A stretch of 64,000 nucleotides of DNA from Phycisphaeraceae bacterium (lineage in GTDB: Bacteria; Planctomycetota; Phycisphaerae; Phycisphaerales; Phycisphaeraceae). The stretch is from the NCBI GenBank assembly GCA_963674705.1, contig OY771506.1, positions 1,376,001-1,440,000 on the forward strand. Direction: 5' to 3'. This document shows, piece after piece, positions 18,450 through 27,684 of this stretch (position 1 is the first letter of the stretch; each line of letters opens with the position of its first letter). Under the pieces are notes generated by a model, which saw nothing but the letters and a program-made list of their open reading frames with translations, did not search any database and was not told the origin of the DNA. The position numbers and the translations under genes are program-made.

Positions 18450-20273
18450 TTCAACACGATACCGATCCAGCCATCCCAGCAATGCGATGATCGTGTACAC
18501 CGAGCGCATCTCGCCTCGCCCGGCAAGCGCAGCGTTCCATATGTTTGAGATCGATCGCTGATTCATAAACGGCGCTAACTCACCGCAGCGTGACACCCAG
18601 TCGTCGCAACGTTCTTTCCACTTGCCTGTGAAGTAAGTCTGTAGCGGTACGGAAAAACCGTGCTTCGGCCGATCCCACACATCGCGTGTCAGGTGTCGTT
18701 TCGATAAATCAACCAGCACCGACTTCAATCCGTGCTTGAGCTTCACACTTGCAGGCTGCGGCAACACAAGGTCAACAACCGGATTACCCAGCATCGGTAC
18801 GCGCGCTTCGAGGCTGTGGCACATGCTCGCTCGGTCGCTCTTGATCAGGCAGTTCTCGCTTAGGTACGTCCACAAGTCGGCCCGCATCAGTTGGTCGGTC
18901 TCGATTGGTTTGCCGAATGAACGCGCCAGGTCGAGCCAGCCTCGCATCGTCTGGTCGATCTTGCATCGATTCGCCGCGTCTGCTGACAACAGCGCCGACA
19001 TATCCTTGCGCGAGCCGGCAAACGGCCCGTATTTTACGCGATCCCAGAGCAATCCCTCATCGCCTTGCAGTGTTCTGCGAAGTAATGAGCCGGGCAATAT
19101 GCCCATCGATCGCAAGACATTCAGTGCCGCGTTGCCAGAATAATTTGAAGCGCCTTTCATGAACCTCGGGTATCCGCCGAACAGTTCATCGCCCCCATCA
19201 CCAGCGACTGCGACGGTGACATGCTGCCTTGTTAATCCGCAGAGTTCACGCAGCGGCAAATACGCCGGGTCGGCCATAGGTTGATCCAGGTCGGCGATTG
19301 CTTGTGCCAGGATGTCACCGTCGATCTCACGTGCATCCAGTTCGTGATGCTCGCAGCCGTAGCGTTCGGCGACCTGTCTTGCGTACTTACTTTCGTCGTA
19401 GCCTTTTTTTGCATCAAAGCGCACGGTAAACGTCTTGACCGGGTTGCTCGACGCCGCAGCCATGTAATGCACCATCAGCGAGCTGTCGATTCCGCCGGAA
19501 AGAAACGCGCCGAGCGGCACATCCGCGACCATCTGCCGCTTCACGCTCTCGGCCAGCGCCGCATCTGTCGCCTCAACCAGCGCGTCATAATCCATCGGCT
19601 GATCGGTCGCCGAAGGTATCTGCCAGTAACAACCGGTATGCAGTTCGCCGCTGCCTCGCTTCCACGTTAACCACGATGCGGGTGGAAGCGATCGGACATC
19701 CGCCAGCAGAGTCAGCGGCGACGGGATCGACTGCACAGCGAGATACTCGCGTAGTGCTTCGTAATCCAGCTTTTTCGGGAAGCCCTGCAACTCAAAGAAA
19801 GGCCGAAGCGTTGAGCTCGTGATCAATCCGCCTTGCGTCGAGTAATACAACGGCTTGATCCCGAACCGGTCGCGCGCTGCAAACAGCGTCTTGTCCTGCT
19901 TGTCCCAGATCGCAAACGCGAACATCCCGTCTAATCGATCAAGCACAGCCCGCCCCCACTGCGCGTAACCTTCGAGTAACGCCTCCGTGTCGCAGCTTGT
20001 ACGCATCGTTCGGCCGTACTTTGCCAGTTCATCGCGAACCTCGAAGAAGTTGTAGACCTCCCCGTTGTAGACGATCACGTAACGCCCGCAGGCGGAGATC
20101 ATCGGTTGCTGGCCGTGTTTTAAATCGATGATGGAAAGCCGGCGGTGTCCGAAGTGGATGTCCTCTTCGTGCCAGACGCCGCGCTCGTCCGGGCCGCGCG
20201 TGGTCAGTGAATCCAACGCACGATCAAAATCCTGCGCCCAACGGTCGCCGGCGATGGTGAGAAAGCCGCACAA
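18444..20273 (-). CDS. asnB: Asparagine synthase-family glutamine amidotransferase
   Basis: MCG N-terminus, HRRLSIIDL, LSGGIDSS, GDGGDELFGGY. Confidence 0.9.
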   Translation of the reverse strand: MCGFLTIAGDRWAQDFDRALDSLTTRGPDERGVWHEEDIHFGHRRLSIIDLKHGQQPMISACGRYVIVYNGEVYNFFEVRDELAKYGRTMRTSCDTEALLEGYAQWGRAVLDRLDGMFAFAIWDKQDKTLFAARDRFGIKPLYYSTQGGLITSSTLRPFFELQGFPKKLDYEALREYLAVQSIPSPLTLLADVRSLPPASWLTWKRGSGELHTGCYWQIPSATDQPMDYDALVEATDAALAESVKRQMVADVPLGAFLSGGIDSSLMVHYMAAASSNPVKTFTVRFDAKKGYDESKYARQVAERYGCEHHELDAREIDGDILAQAIADLDQPMADPAYLPLRELCGLTRQHVTVAVAGDGGDELFGGYPRFMKGASNYSGNAALNVLRSMGILPGSLLRRTLQGDEGLLWDRVKYGPFAGSRKDMSALLSADAANRCKIDQTMRGWLDLARSFGKPIETDQLMRADLWTYLSENCLIKSDRASMCHSLEARVPMLGNPVVDLVLPQPASVKLKHGLKSVLVDLSKRHLTRDVWDRPKHGFSVPLQTYFTGKWKERCDDWVSRCGELAPFMNQRSISNIWNAALAGRGEMRSVYTIIALLGWLDRYRVEV

Positions 20274-20274
20274 G

Positions 20275-21075
20275 TCAGTCGCCGCTCCGCATGCCCAGGG
20301 TCTTGCAGATGGTGTTACGCGTTCGTGTGAAGAAGTTCGCCAGGTGCAGTTGTATGAGCAGTCGGCCGTAGGACGCTTCGGAATCGTAAGGCAGGCACGC
20401 GAAGGTCGGGCCGTAGCTCGGGGACTTCACATCCTTCGGCCGCCACTCCAGGTCGTCCATTTCATCAAACGCACGCCAGCATGGCTCATCCATCTGCTTG
20501 AAAGATTCGACATAAGCCTTGTGATCGCTGAACAGCGAGCCCGGCACGTTCTGCTCGACGAACCGCCGCGTCGCCAGCCCGCGATACACATCATGTACGA
20601 ACACCATCCGCGCCTTGCCCGTCTTCAATAGTTGTAGGGCAAGCCGTAGCGCCCTGAAACCCTTTGGCCCATCAATGATGATGACCGCGTCCTGCTTCAG
20701 GTGTTTAAACAACAGCTTCTGTGAATCCCCGTAAAGCAGCTCGATGTGTTCAAAGCTCTTGAGCCGGCTTTCAGCGATCGGCACATCCGGCGAATCCCGA
20801 TCAAACTCGACGCTGACGATCTTTGACTCCGGGAAGATCTTTCCGAGCACGTATGTGCTCTGCCCGCGTGCCCGGCCGGATTCAAGTACCAGCGGTGTCG
20901 GCGCTATTCCCGCCGCCGCGAATACAAACAGCATCTCGCTGAAGAATACGCCCTTCTCTTCGTAAGGCACATCCGCAATCGCCTGCATGAACCGGCCACG
21001 CATGTCCTCGGCCCGGCTCAGGATCACTTCGCTGGTCAATGCATCTTCGGATTGTGTTGTCTGTTTTGTGTTCAA
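20275..21075 (-). CDS. Hypothetical protein, possible methyltransferase fold
   Basis: VLESGRARGQST, IIIDGPKG, VHD motifs. Confidence 0.55.
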   Translation of the reverse strand: MNTKQTTQSEDALTSEVILSRAEDMRGRFMQAIADVPYEEKGVFFSEMLFVFAAAGIAPTPLVLESGRARGQSTYVLGKIFPESKIVSVEFDRDSPDVPIAESRLKSFEHIELLYGDSQKLLFKHLKQDAVIIIDGPKGFRALRLALQLLKTGKARMVFVHDVYRGLATRRFVEQNVPGSLFSDHKAYVESFKQMDEPCWRAFDEMDDLEWRPKDVKSPSYGPTFACLPYDSEASYGRLLIQLHLANFFTRTRNTICKTLGMRSGD

Positions 21076-21127
21076 GCCCCCAACAGAGCAGAATCGCGGT
21101 TAAGTGTCAAACGTGCATCTAAATTGT

Positions 21128-22420
21128 TCACACCTTCAACACACCCGCGTGCTTGTAGGCCTTGCCCAGCGTCGCGGTTGAATCGATCTTCATCCAGTTA
21201 TCCAAAACGCTGGCGTAGACGCTGCGGAAGTCGATCTGGTACTTCAGGTCGCCGTCGTCCAGGTCCTGCAGGCTGGGGTGCGTGCCGATCAGGCCGGGCG
21301 TTACGTGTTCGCCAAAGACAAACATCGGCCCGGCCGTGCCGTGGTCCGTTCCTGATGAGGCGTTCTGTTTCACGCGCCTGCCGAATTCGCTGAACGCGAT
21401 GGTCACCACGCGGCTCTGGTGCCCGGTTGCCTTCAATTCTGAGTAGAAAGCCGACACGGATTGTGCGAATTCATCCAGCAGTCGGGCATGCTGTGCCGTC
21501 TGGTTGGCGTGGGTATCGAAGCCACCCATCGCGACGTAAAACACCCGCGTCGGCAGCTCCGCCTTGATCATCGACGCCACCATCTTCAACTGCCGCGCCA
21601 GCCCGTTTGCCGGGAACTGCGTAACAGGCTTCTGGTTCACCGCCTTACGCACGCGCTCGGAGGCAACCTGCGCATCCATCGCCGTTCGCAGAATGAATGC
21701 CGCTGGATCGCTTTCATCCATCACGGCTGATGATTGATTAAGCTCGTCGTAACTTTCACTCAGCGCCTCGTGCAGGTCGCGCCCGGACCAGCGGAACATC
21801 TCGGGCTTCTCGAACGTGACGGGCTTCACCACCTTGCCCATCGTCGCAAGCGGCGCTTCCGAACCCAGGCTGATGCACGATAGCGCCGTGTCTTCCTTGT
21901 CGTGCAAACTGTCCATCGCCCGGCCGACCCAGCCCTCGCCCTTGTTCGATAGCGTATCGCCCATGTGCCAGACATCCATGCTCGCAAAGTGCGAACGTAT
22001 CGGGTTCGGATACCCCACGCCCTGCACGATCCCCGCGAGCCCATCGCCGACCATCTCGCTGATCGGCCTAAGCGAAGGATGCAACCCGATACCGGTTTGC
22101 ATATCGAGCTGGATCAATTCCTTTTCACGCACAGCGATGCCTGATCGGTTCTTGTAATAATCATCAAAACCGTAGGGGATCACCGTGTTCAGGCCGTCGT
22201 TTCCGCCGGAAAGCTGAATCACAACCAGTACGCGATCCTCGGGCACGCCGGGATTACTCGGCAGTATCCCCGTGCTCTGCGCTAACACACTCGAAGACCG
22301 CGACAAAAAGATCGGCACTGTCGATACCGTCGAAACCATCGCCAGCCCGGATCGCAGGAATTGCCGCCTCGTATATGCATTCTGATCCGTCACGATCAAC
22401 TCCTCTTTCGCTTCTAGCAA
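21128..22420 (-). CDS. DUF1501 family protein with Tat-like signal
   Basis: TRRQFL, LSGGNDGLN, GGFDTH, SEFGRR, GTDHG; start uncertain. Confidence 0.85.
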   Translation of the reverse strand: MLEAKEELIVTDQNAYTRRQFLRSGLAMVSTVSTVPIFLSRSSSVLAQSTGILPSNPGVPEDRVLVVIQLSGGNDGLNTVIPYGFDDYYKNRSGIAVREKELIQLDMQTGIGLHPSLRPISEMVGDGLAGIVQGVGYPNPIRSHFASMDVWHMGDTLSNKGEGWVGRAMDSLHDKEDTALSCISLGSEAPLATMGKVVKPVTFEKPEMFRWSGRDLHEALSESYDELNQSSAVMDESDPAAFILRTAMDAQVASERVRKAVNQKPVTQFPANGLARQLKMVASMIKAELPTRVFYVAMGGFDTHANQTAQHARLLDEFAQSVSAFYSELKATGHQSRVVTIAFSEFGRRVKQNASSGTDHGTAGPMFVFGEHVTPGLIGTHPSLQDLDDGDLKYQIDFRSVYASVLDNWMKIDSTATLGKAYKHAGVLKV

Positions 22421-23898
22421 AGCTGGTACTCGGGCATCGCGGTAATCAACGTCAGCAAACCGATCAGGCTGTCTTTCGTCACACCCTTGTCGCGCTCGCG
22501 CATGAACTTGTACAACGGTTCGCGTCTGGCCATTGGTGTATGATCACCGAGCATAAAGCCGACGAAGTGGTCCACCACCGGCTCGGATTCCCTGCTATCC
22601 ACCCCCGCAAGCAACAGCATCGGATCGTAGTTCACCGCTTTACGGTCCCACTTCTTTTGCCTTGGGTCCTTGCCTGTGATCAGGTAAGTGCACACGTTCT
22701 GTCGGGTGAATAAGGTCGAGGTATTGATCCAGCTCCTCCCGCCGCACCAGCCCGCAACGCTGGGCGGGTCGAATAACTCCTGGCCCATCGCGCTGAGCCC
22801 ATCGCTGAGCGTGCCGGTGCTACGGGTCGGCGTACCGAGCGTTCTTGCCGTGCCGATGACAAGTTGCGTCGGGCTCTTGATCTTCTTGCCGACGATCTGC
22901 TCATCGTAGAAGTGTTCGCTCTTGAATACGCGCTTTAGCACGGGTCCGATCTTGTAGCCGTTCTTCTTGAGCATCAGCGCCAGCCGCTCGACAACCTCGC
23001 GGTTTTCTTTCGGCACCTCATCCAGGTAATCCGGCAGATCCGCGACAAAATGCCGGTACAACTTCAGCGCGATATATCTTGGGCAGGCCGGCTGATCCAG
23101 CAATACATCAACAAAGTCGTCGCCATCCATGTTGCCCGTCTCACCGAGCACGGTCTTCTTCGAGTCATCGTGACGATTTTCATTGAAGACGAAGTCGTTA
23201 TCCTCAACGTGATAACCCGTCAGCGCCTTGGCGCCCTGCTTGATGTCGTTTTCGCTGTAGTTACCCTCACCCAGTGTGAACAGTTCCATGAACTCACGCG
23301 CGAGGTTTTCGTTGGGCTTACGCTTGAAGTTCTGGTCGTTGTTGAGGAACTTGAGCATCGCCGGGTCGTGCACGACCGCCTTGGCGAGTTTGCCGAAGTT
23401 ACCCGCTGCATGCTCGCGGAACATCTGGTTCTGCTGGTACATCAGGTACGTGTCGCGCACGTTGCGGTGGCGCGACGCGAAGTGGCTGTGCCAAAGCAGC
23501 ACCAGCTTCTCACGCAATGGCGTCGGCGTGTCGATCATCAAACCGACCCACCACCGACGCAGCTCCCCGAGCATCCGCCGATCTTCCGCACGCTGTTCGT
23601 TGAGCCTGCGACGGATCTCCGACCGGGCCGCCTCGTCGTTCTCTCGGCGCGCCCTGGCAAAAGCCTCACGCTCGTCTTGCGTGAAAGGTCTGACCACATC
23701 CGGGTCGACCTTCGGCAAATCCGCCGGCTCTTCCGTCTTCGCATCTTTGATAAGCTCATCCACCGCCTCGTCCAGCCCCGCGTCGACCAGCGTCGATATC
23801 TCGCCCGGCCCTGCGCCGAAACCGGCCCGCAGCAACAGATGACGGGCCTCCCTCGGCCCGAATGCTTCCCGATTGATCGGTGACAACGATGTTTTCAT
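22414..23898 (-). CDS. DUF1800 family protein
   Basis: HLLLRAGFG, PNENLAREFMELFTLG, PPSVAGW, PEYQLC. Confidence 0.85.
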   Translation of the reverse strand: MKTSLSPINREAFGPREARHLLLRAGFGAGPGEISTLVDAGLDEAVDELIKDAKTEEPADLPKVDPDVVRPFTQDEREAFARARRENDEAARSEIRRRLNEQRAEDRRMLGELRRWWVGLMIDTPTPLREKLVLLWHSHFASRHRNVRDTYLMYQQNQMFREHAAGNFGKLAKAVVHDPAMLKFLNNDQNFKRKPNENLAREFMELFTLGEGNYSENDIKQGAKALTGYHVEDNDFVFNENRHDDSKKTVLGETGNMDGDDFVDVLLDQPACPRYIALKLYRHFVADLPDYLDEVPKENREVVERLALMLKKNGYKIGPVLKRVFKSEHFYDEQIVGKKIKSPTQLVIGTARTLGTPTRSTGTLSDGLSAMGQELFDPPSVAGWCGGRSWINTSTLFTRQNVCTYLITGKDPRQKKWDRKAVNYDPMLLLAGVDSRESEPVVDHFVGFMLGDHTPMARREPLYKFMRERDKGVTKDSLIGLLTLITAMPEYQLC

Positions 23899-24021
23899 GA
23901 CCGCACCTAATGACAGGACCAACACGGACGCAAAATACTATTCCTTCAACGTCCCGGGAATCACATTATTGCCGATTTTAATCTAAACCCTGAACGGGCT
24001 GAAGATAGCAAACATAATGTT

Positions 24022-24216
24022 GTTAGCCATTAGCCATTAGCCATTAGCCACGATTTCAGATTGAACATTGAAGATCGAACATCAAAGATACCCGCCCCTT
24101 CGCTTCGCTCAGGACCGGCGTTGAGGAAGTGAGAAATACAATTTCTACACCCTACACCCTACACCCTACACCCTACACCCTACACCCTACACCCTACACC
24201 CTACACCCCACACCCC
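24022..24216 (+). repeat. Composite element: (TAGCCAT)n, AACATTG-like module, core hairpin, (CTACACC)x9
   Basis: Modules shared with 32238-32445, 33459-33625, 43545-43775; perfect CTACACC array at 24145-24207. Confidence 0.85.
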
Positions 24217-24220
24217 GAAA

Positions 24221-25873
24221 TCACCCCGGGCCCACCGTGTCTGCGGACATCGGGATCTGATCAAACCTTACAGGCAGGTAAATCGTGAACGTCGTGCCCT
24301 GCTTGCGTTTGCTTTCGACTTTTACCACGCCGCCGTGCTCCTCGACGATCTTCTTGGTCACGACCAGGCCTAAACCCGTGCCGCGCAGTCCCTTTGTCGA
24401 ATGGAACGGCTCAAACAATCTGTCCAGCGTGCTCTTGCCCATGCCCTCGCCATTATCCGCCACGGTGATCTTCACCCGATCGTGATCGCCATCATATTCG
24501 CAGCGCACACTCACCACCCCCGTCTCCGGCTGCACCGCATCCAGCGCGTTATTAAGCAGATTCAACACCGCCTGATGCACCCCACCCGGATCGACAGGCA
24601 CCGGCGGCATGTCGTTGGGCACATCCACCAATAACGCCGCGTGCTTGCCATCAAATTGTTTCTGTACCAGTCCCGATATCTCGCCCAGTAGAGCATCCAG
24701 GTTCACAAGTTCCAACTCGGGTTTGCGCTGCTTGGAATACGCGAGCATGTTCATGACAAGCTCGTAGATCCGCTCGACGTTGCGGGCGACGATTTCCCAC
24801 CCGCCGCGCGTCAGGTCCATGTTGTTCTTACGTAAACCAAGCTCAACGACATCCGCCCCACCCCGCATGCCCTGAAGAATGTTTTTGATCGAATGCGACA
24901 AGCTCGCGACCGTCTGCCCCACCGCCGCGAGTCTTTCATCTCTTAATCGCTCGGCGTACAGCCGTGAATTCGATAGCGCGACCCCCGTCTGCACACCGAT
25001 AGCCGTCAGCAGCAGCAACTGATCTTCCGTGTACGTGTAATTGGCGACCTTCGAGTCCAGGTGGATCACGCCGTACAGCCGATCCTTGAACTTGATCGGC
25101 ACGCACATCGTCGAGCGGATGCCATACGCCTGCACGCTGTCGCCGGTCGAGAAGCGCCGGTCGGTCATCGCGTTACTCGACAATACGCCCACACCCTTCT
25201 TCATCACGTACCGAACGATCGTTCGGCTGACACTGATCGGCTCGTTGTTCTTCTTCTTGTTCTCCATCGGGCTGCGGTGCCGCACCAGCGCCGGCTCGGG
25301 CACCGCGTCCGGATCGTCCTGCAGCATGATGAAGCCGCGGTCGGCCTTGAAGTACTCGAACACCACATCCATCACGCGCTCGAGCAGCTCCTGCTTGTCC
25401 GTCACCGATCCGATCAGCGCGGTCAACTCATAAATCACACGAAGCTGAAACTCCGCCGCCTGCCCGGGCTCCGGCACCGCCATGATCATCGAATCATCAT
25501 TGCTCGCTGCGGTCGACTCGACGCTGATGTCGATCTCCCCGCGCCGGACCAGCCGGATCGATTCTTTCTTGGGCTTGGGTTTCTCATCACCAAAGATAAA
25601 CAGCGTCGCCCCGGTGCGGATCTGATCGCCCGGCCGAAGCAGCCGACGCTCCGTCGTCACACGCACGCCGTTGACGAACGTGCCGTTGGAGGAATGCAAA
25701 TCCCGGATATACCACTTGCCATTATCAGGTGTAAGCTCCGCATGCCGGCGCGAAATGGTCTGGTCGGCCGTCTCGAGCGCCTCGCTCGACCGCCCGATCA
25801 GTTGTGGCTCATCGTCCGGCAACTCGTACCGCCGCCCTTTGTCCACACCCTTGATGACCGTCATCACCAGCAA
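24221..25873 (-). CDS. FHA-GAF sensor histidine kinase
   Basis: IGR...ISRRHA...SSNGTFVNG (FHA); SHSIKN H-box; DNGEG and GTGLGL. Confidence 0.9.
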   Translation of the reverse strand: MLVMTVIKGVDKGRRYELPDDEPQLIGRSSEALETADQTISRRHAELTPDNGKWYIRDLHSSNGTFVNGVRVTTERRLLRPGDQIRTGATLFIFGDEKPKPKKESIRLVRRGEIDISVESTAASNDDSMIMAVPEPGQAAEFQLRVIYELTALIGSVTDKQELLERVMDVVFEYFKADRGFIMLQDDPDAVPEPALVRHRSPMENKKKNNEPISVSRTIVRYVMKKGVGVLSSNAMTDRRFSTGDSVQAYGIRSTMCVPIKFKDRLYGVIHLDSKVANYTYTEDQLLLLTAIGVQTGVALSNSRLYAERLRDERLAAVGQTVASLSHSIKNILQGMRGGADVVELGLRKNNMDLTRGGWEIVARNVERIYELVMNMLAYSKQRKPELELVNLDALLGEISGLVQKQFDGKHAALLVDVPNDMPPVPVDPGGVHQAVLNLLNNALDAVQPETGVVSVRCEYDGDHDRVKITVADNGEGMGKSTLDRLFEPFHSTKGLRGTGLGLVVTKKIVEEHGGVVKVESKRKQGTTFTIYLPVRFDQIPMSADTVGPG

Positions 25874-25945
25874 CGCAAATCACTCCGAAAAACAAATCCT
25901 TGTTTACCAGTCAAACTGAAACGGTTGGAATCACATTAAATTGAC

Positions 25946-25980
25946 TCCCTCTCCCCTTGGGAGAGGGCCGGGGTGAGGGC
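25946..25980 (-). repeat. REP-like CCCTCACCCCGGCCCTCTCCC element (also 61830-61858 on +)
   Basis: Same 21-mer at two intergenic sites in opposite orientation. Confidence 0.7.
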
Positions 25981-26081
25981 TAGTCTTTGTGCGATCAATA
26001 CAACACCGATCACCCAATCCACCCGAAGCCCACGTTCGCCGAACGTGGGCTTCCCTCACCATTCACCCCACATACATCGAC

Positions 26082-27560
26082 CTATTCCGCGCCTCCCCCC
26101 AACCGTTCCTTCCACGCTGCAAGCTGCTGCTCAAATCCACTCACCCCCGCGTTCCCTGCCGTCTGATAACGCTTCACCACGTTTTCAGGACCTAACCAAT
26201 CATAGACATCGTTTTCAACCAGAGTTTTGCCGGATTTTTCACTGCATACCGCATTGAAGTCTTCCAGCTTGAGTAGCGACAGCTTCTCATACCCCTTGTC
26301 CCGGCACATCTGCACAAGCTTGCCCACTACCTGGTGCGATGTCCTAAACGGCACGCCCTTGGTCACCAGGTACTCCGCCAGGCTCGTCGCATCGAGGAAC
26401 CCACGATCAAGCCCCTGCTTGATCCGTGCTTCATTGAACTTGGTCGTCTTCACGATCCGCGTCGCCATATCCAGGCAATCGCACACCGCATCGTAAGCCG
26501 TGAAGACATGCCGCTTGTCTTCCTGAAGATCGCGGTTGTAACCGATGGTCAAACCCTTACACATGGTCAATAGCGCCATGAGCGAGCCATAGACAAGCCC
26601 CGTCTTGCCCCGGATCAACTCAAGCATGTCCGGATTCTGCTTCTGCGGCATCATGGATGACCCGGTCGTGTACAGGTCATCCAACGTGATGAAACCAAAC
26701 TCGGTCGTAGAATAAATGATCCACTGCTCCGCCCAGCGCGAGAGCCACATGGAGGTCATGGTCAATGCGTAGACGAAATCGATGGCAACGTCACGAGAAG
26801 CAGTTGCCTCGATAGAATTATGTGTAGGCGTTAATTTGCCTAGTATTTTGAATACATAATCTCGGTCAAGAGGCAGGCTGCTTCCTGCAATTGCCCCCGA
26901 GCCTAGCGGCAATTCCACATGCAGTTCTTCATAACATGCGTGTACTCGGTCGATACATCGCTTAATAGTTTCCGCCCAAGCAAGCAGTTCTCCGCCGACC
27001 ACAATCGGTTGTGCTCGTTGGAGATGGGTATAGGAAGGCATAACATGGTGGCCACAATCCTCGGCAAGCTTGATAAATGATCTCGCCAGCGACGTTAGTT
27101 TGTAGTCAAGCGAAGATTGATACCCGCTTTCAGAGCCATATAGCGCATCGTATACCCATAGTTGAATATCCAGCGCCACCTGATCATTCCGGCTCCGTCC
27201 GGTATGCAGCTTCCGCCCCGCATCCCCCGTCTTCTCGATCAGCGCGGCTTCGATGCACATATGCACATCTTCCAGCTCGACCTTCCAGCCGGGCCAGGCG
27301 TCGCCCTGTTCGTCGATCTCGGTCTTGATCTCGTTGAGGCCCCGCTCGATCTCTTTCAGTTCATCCGCTGTAATCAGCCCGACGTGCTCAAGCATCTGCG
27401 CGTGGGCGATGGAGCCGCGGATGTCGTGGGTGTACAGCCGTTTATCGTAATCCAGGCTCGAAACAAACCGTGCCGCCAGCGGGTCGGAACCCGAGCCGGA
27501 GCCGGACTTGGTGTGTTCCCAGGGTTTTGGGGAGGGGTTGGGGGATTGATTTTGTGTCAT
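26082..27560 (-). CDS. argH: Argininosuccinate lyase
   Basis: LHTGRSRNDQVA, YTHLQRAQP, TGSSMMPQKQNPD, YNRDLQEDK; the ORF-track N-extension is repeat-derived. Confidence 0.95.
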   Translation of the reverse strand: MTQNQSPNPSPKPWEHTKSGSGSGSDPLAARFVSSLDYDKRLYTHDIRGSIAHAQMLEHVGLITADELKEIERGLNEIKTEIDEQGDAWPGWKVELEDVHMCIEAALIEKTGDAGRKLHTGRSRNDQVALDIQLWVYDALYGSESGYQSSLDYKLTSLARSFIKLAEDCGHHVMPSYTHLQRAQPIVVGGELLAWAETIKRCIDRVHACYEELHVELPLGSGAIAGSSLPLDRDYVFKILGKLTPTHNSIEATASRDVAIDFVYALTMTSMWLSRWAEQWIIYSTTEFGFITLDDLYTTGSSMMPQKQNPDMLELIRGKTGLVYGSLMALLTMCKGLTIGYNRDLQEDKRHVFTAYDAVCDCLDMATRIVKTTKFNEARIKQGLDRGFLDATSLAEYLVTKGVPFRTSHQVVGKLVQMCRDKGYEKLSLLKLEDFNAVCSEKSGKTLVENDVYDWLGPENVVKRYQTAGNAGVSGFEQQLAAWKERLGGGAE

Positions 27561-27576
27561 ACACGGTAGTGTATGG

Positions 27577-27684
27577 GAAAGCAGAAAAGCAGAAAAACAG
27601 AAAAGCAGAAAATCCAAGGCATTCGCTCCCGGACGCAAATGCTTTATTTTCTGCTTTTCTGTTTTCCTGCTTTCCTGTTTTTCC
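27577..27684. repeat. Empty inverted GCAGAAAA arm pair with 32-bp hairpin spacer
   Basis: Arms at 27577-27613 and 27646-27684. Confidence 0.9.

Noticed and set aside
18444..20273. AsnB as a lasso-peptide cyclase
   Set aside because: Intact N-terminal Cys glutaminase domain; no neighbouring precursor, RRE or B2 protease
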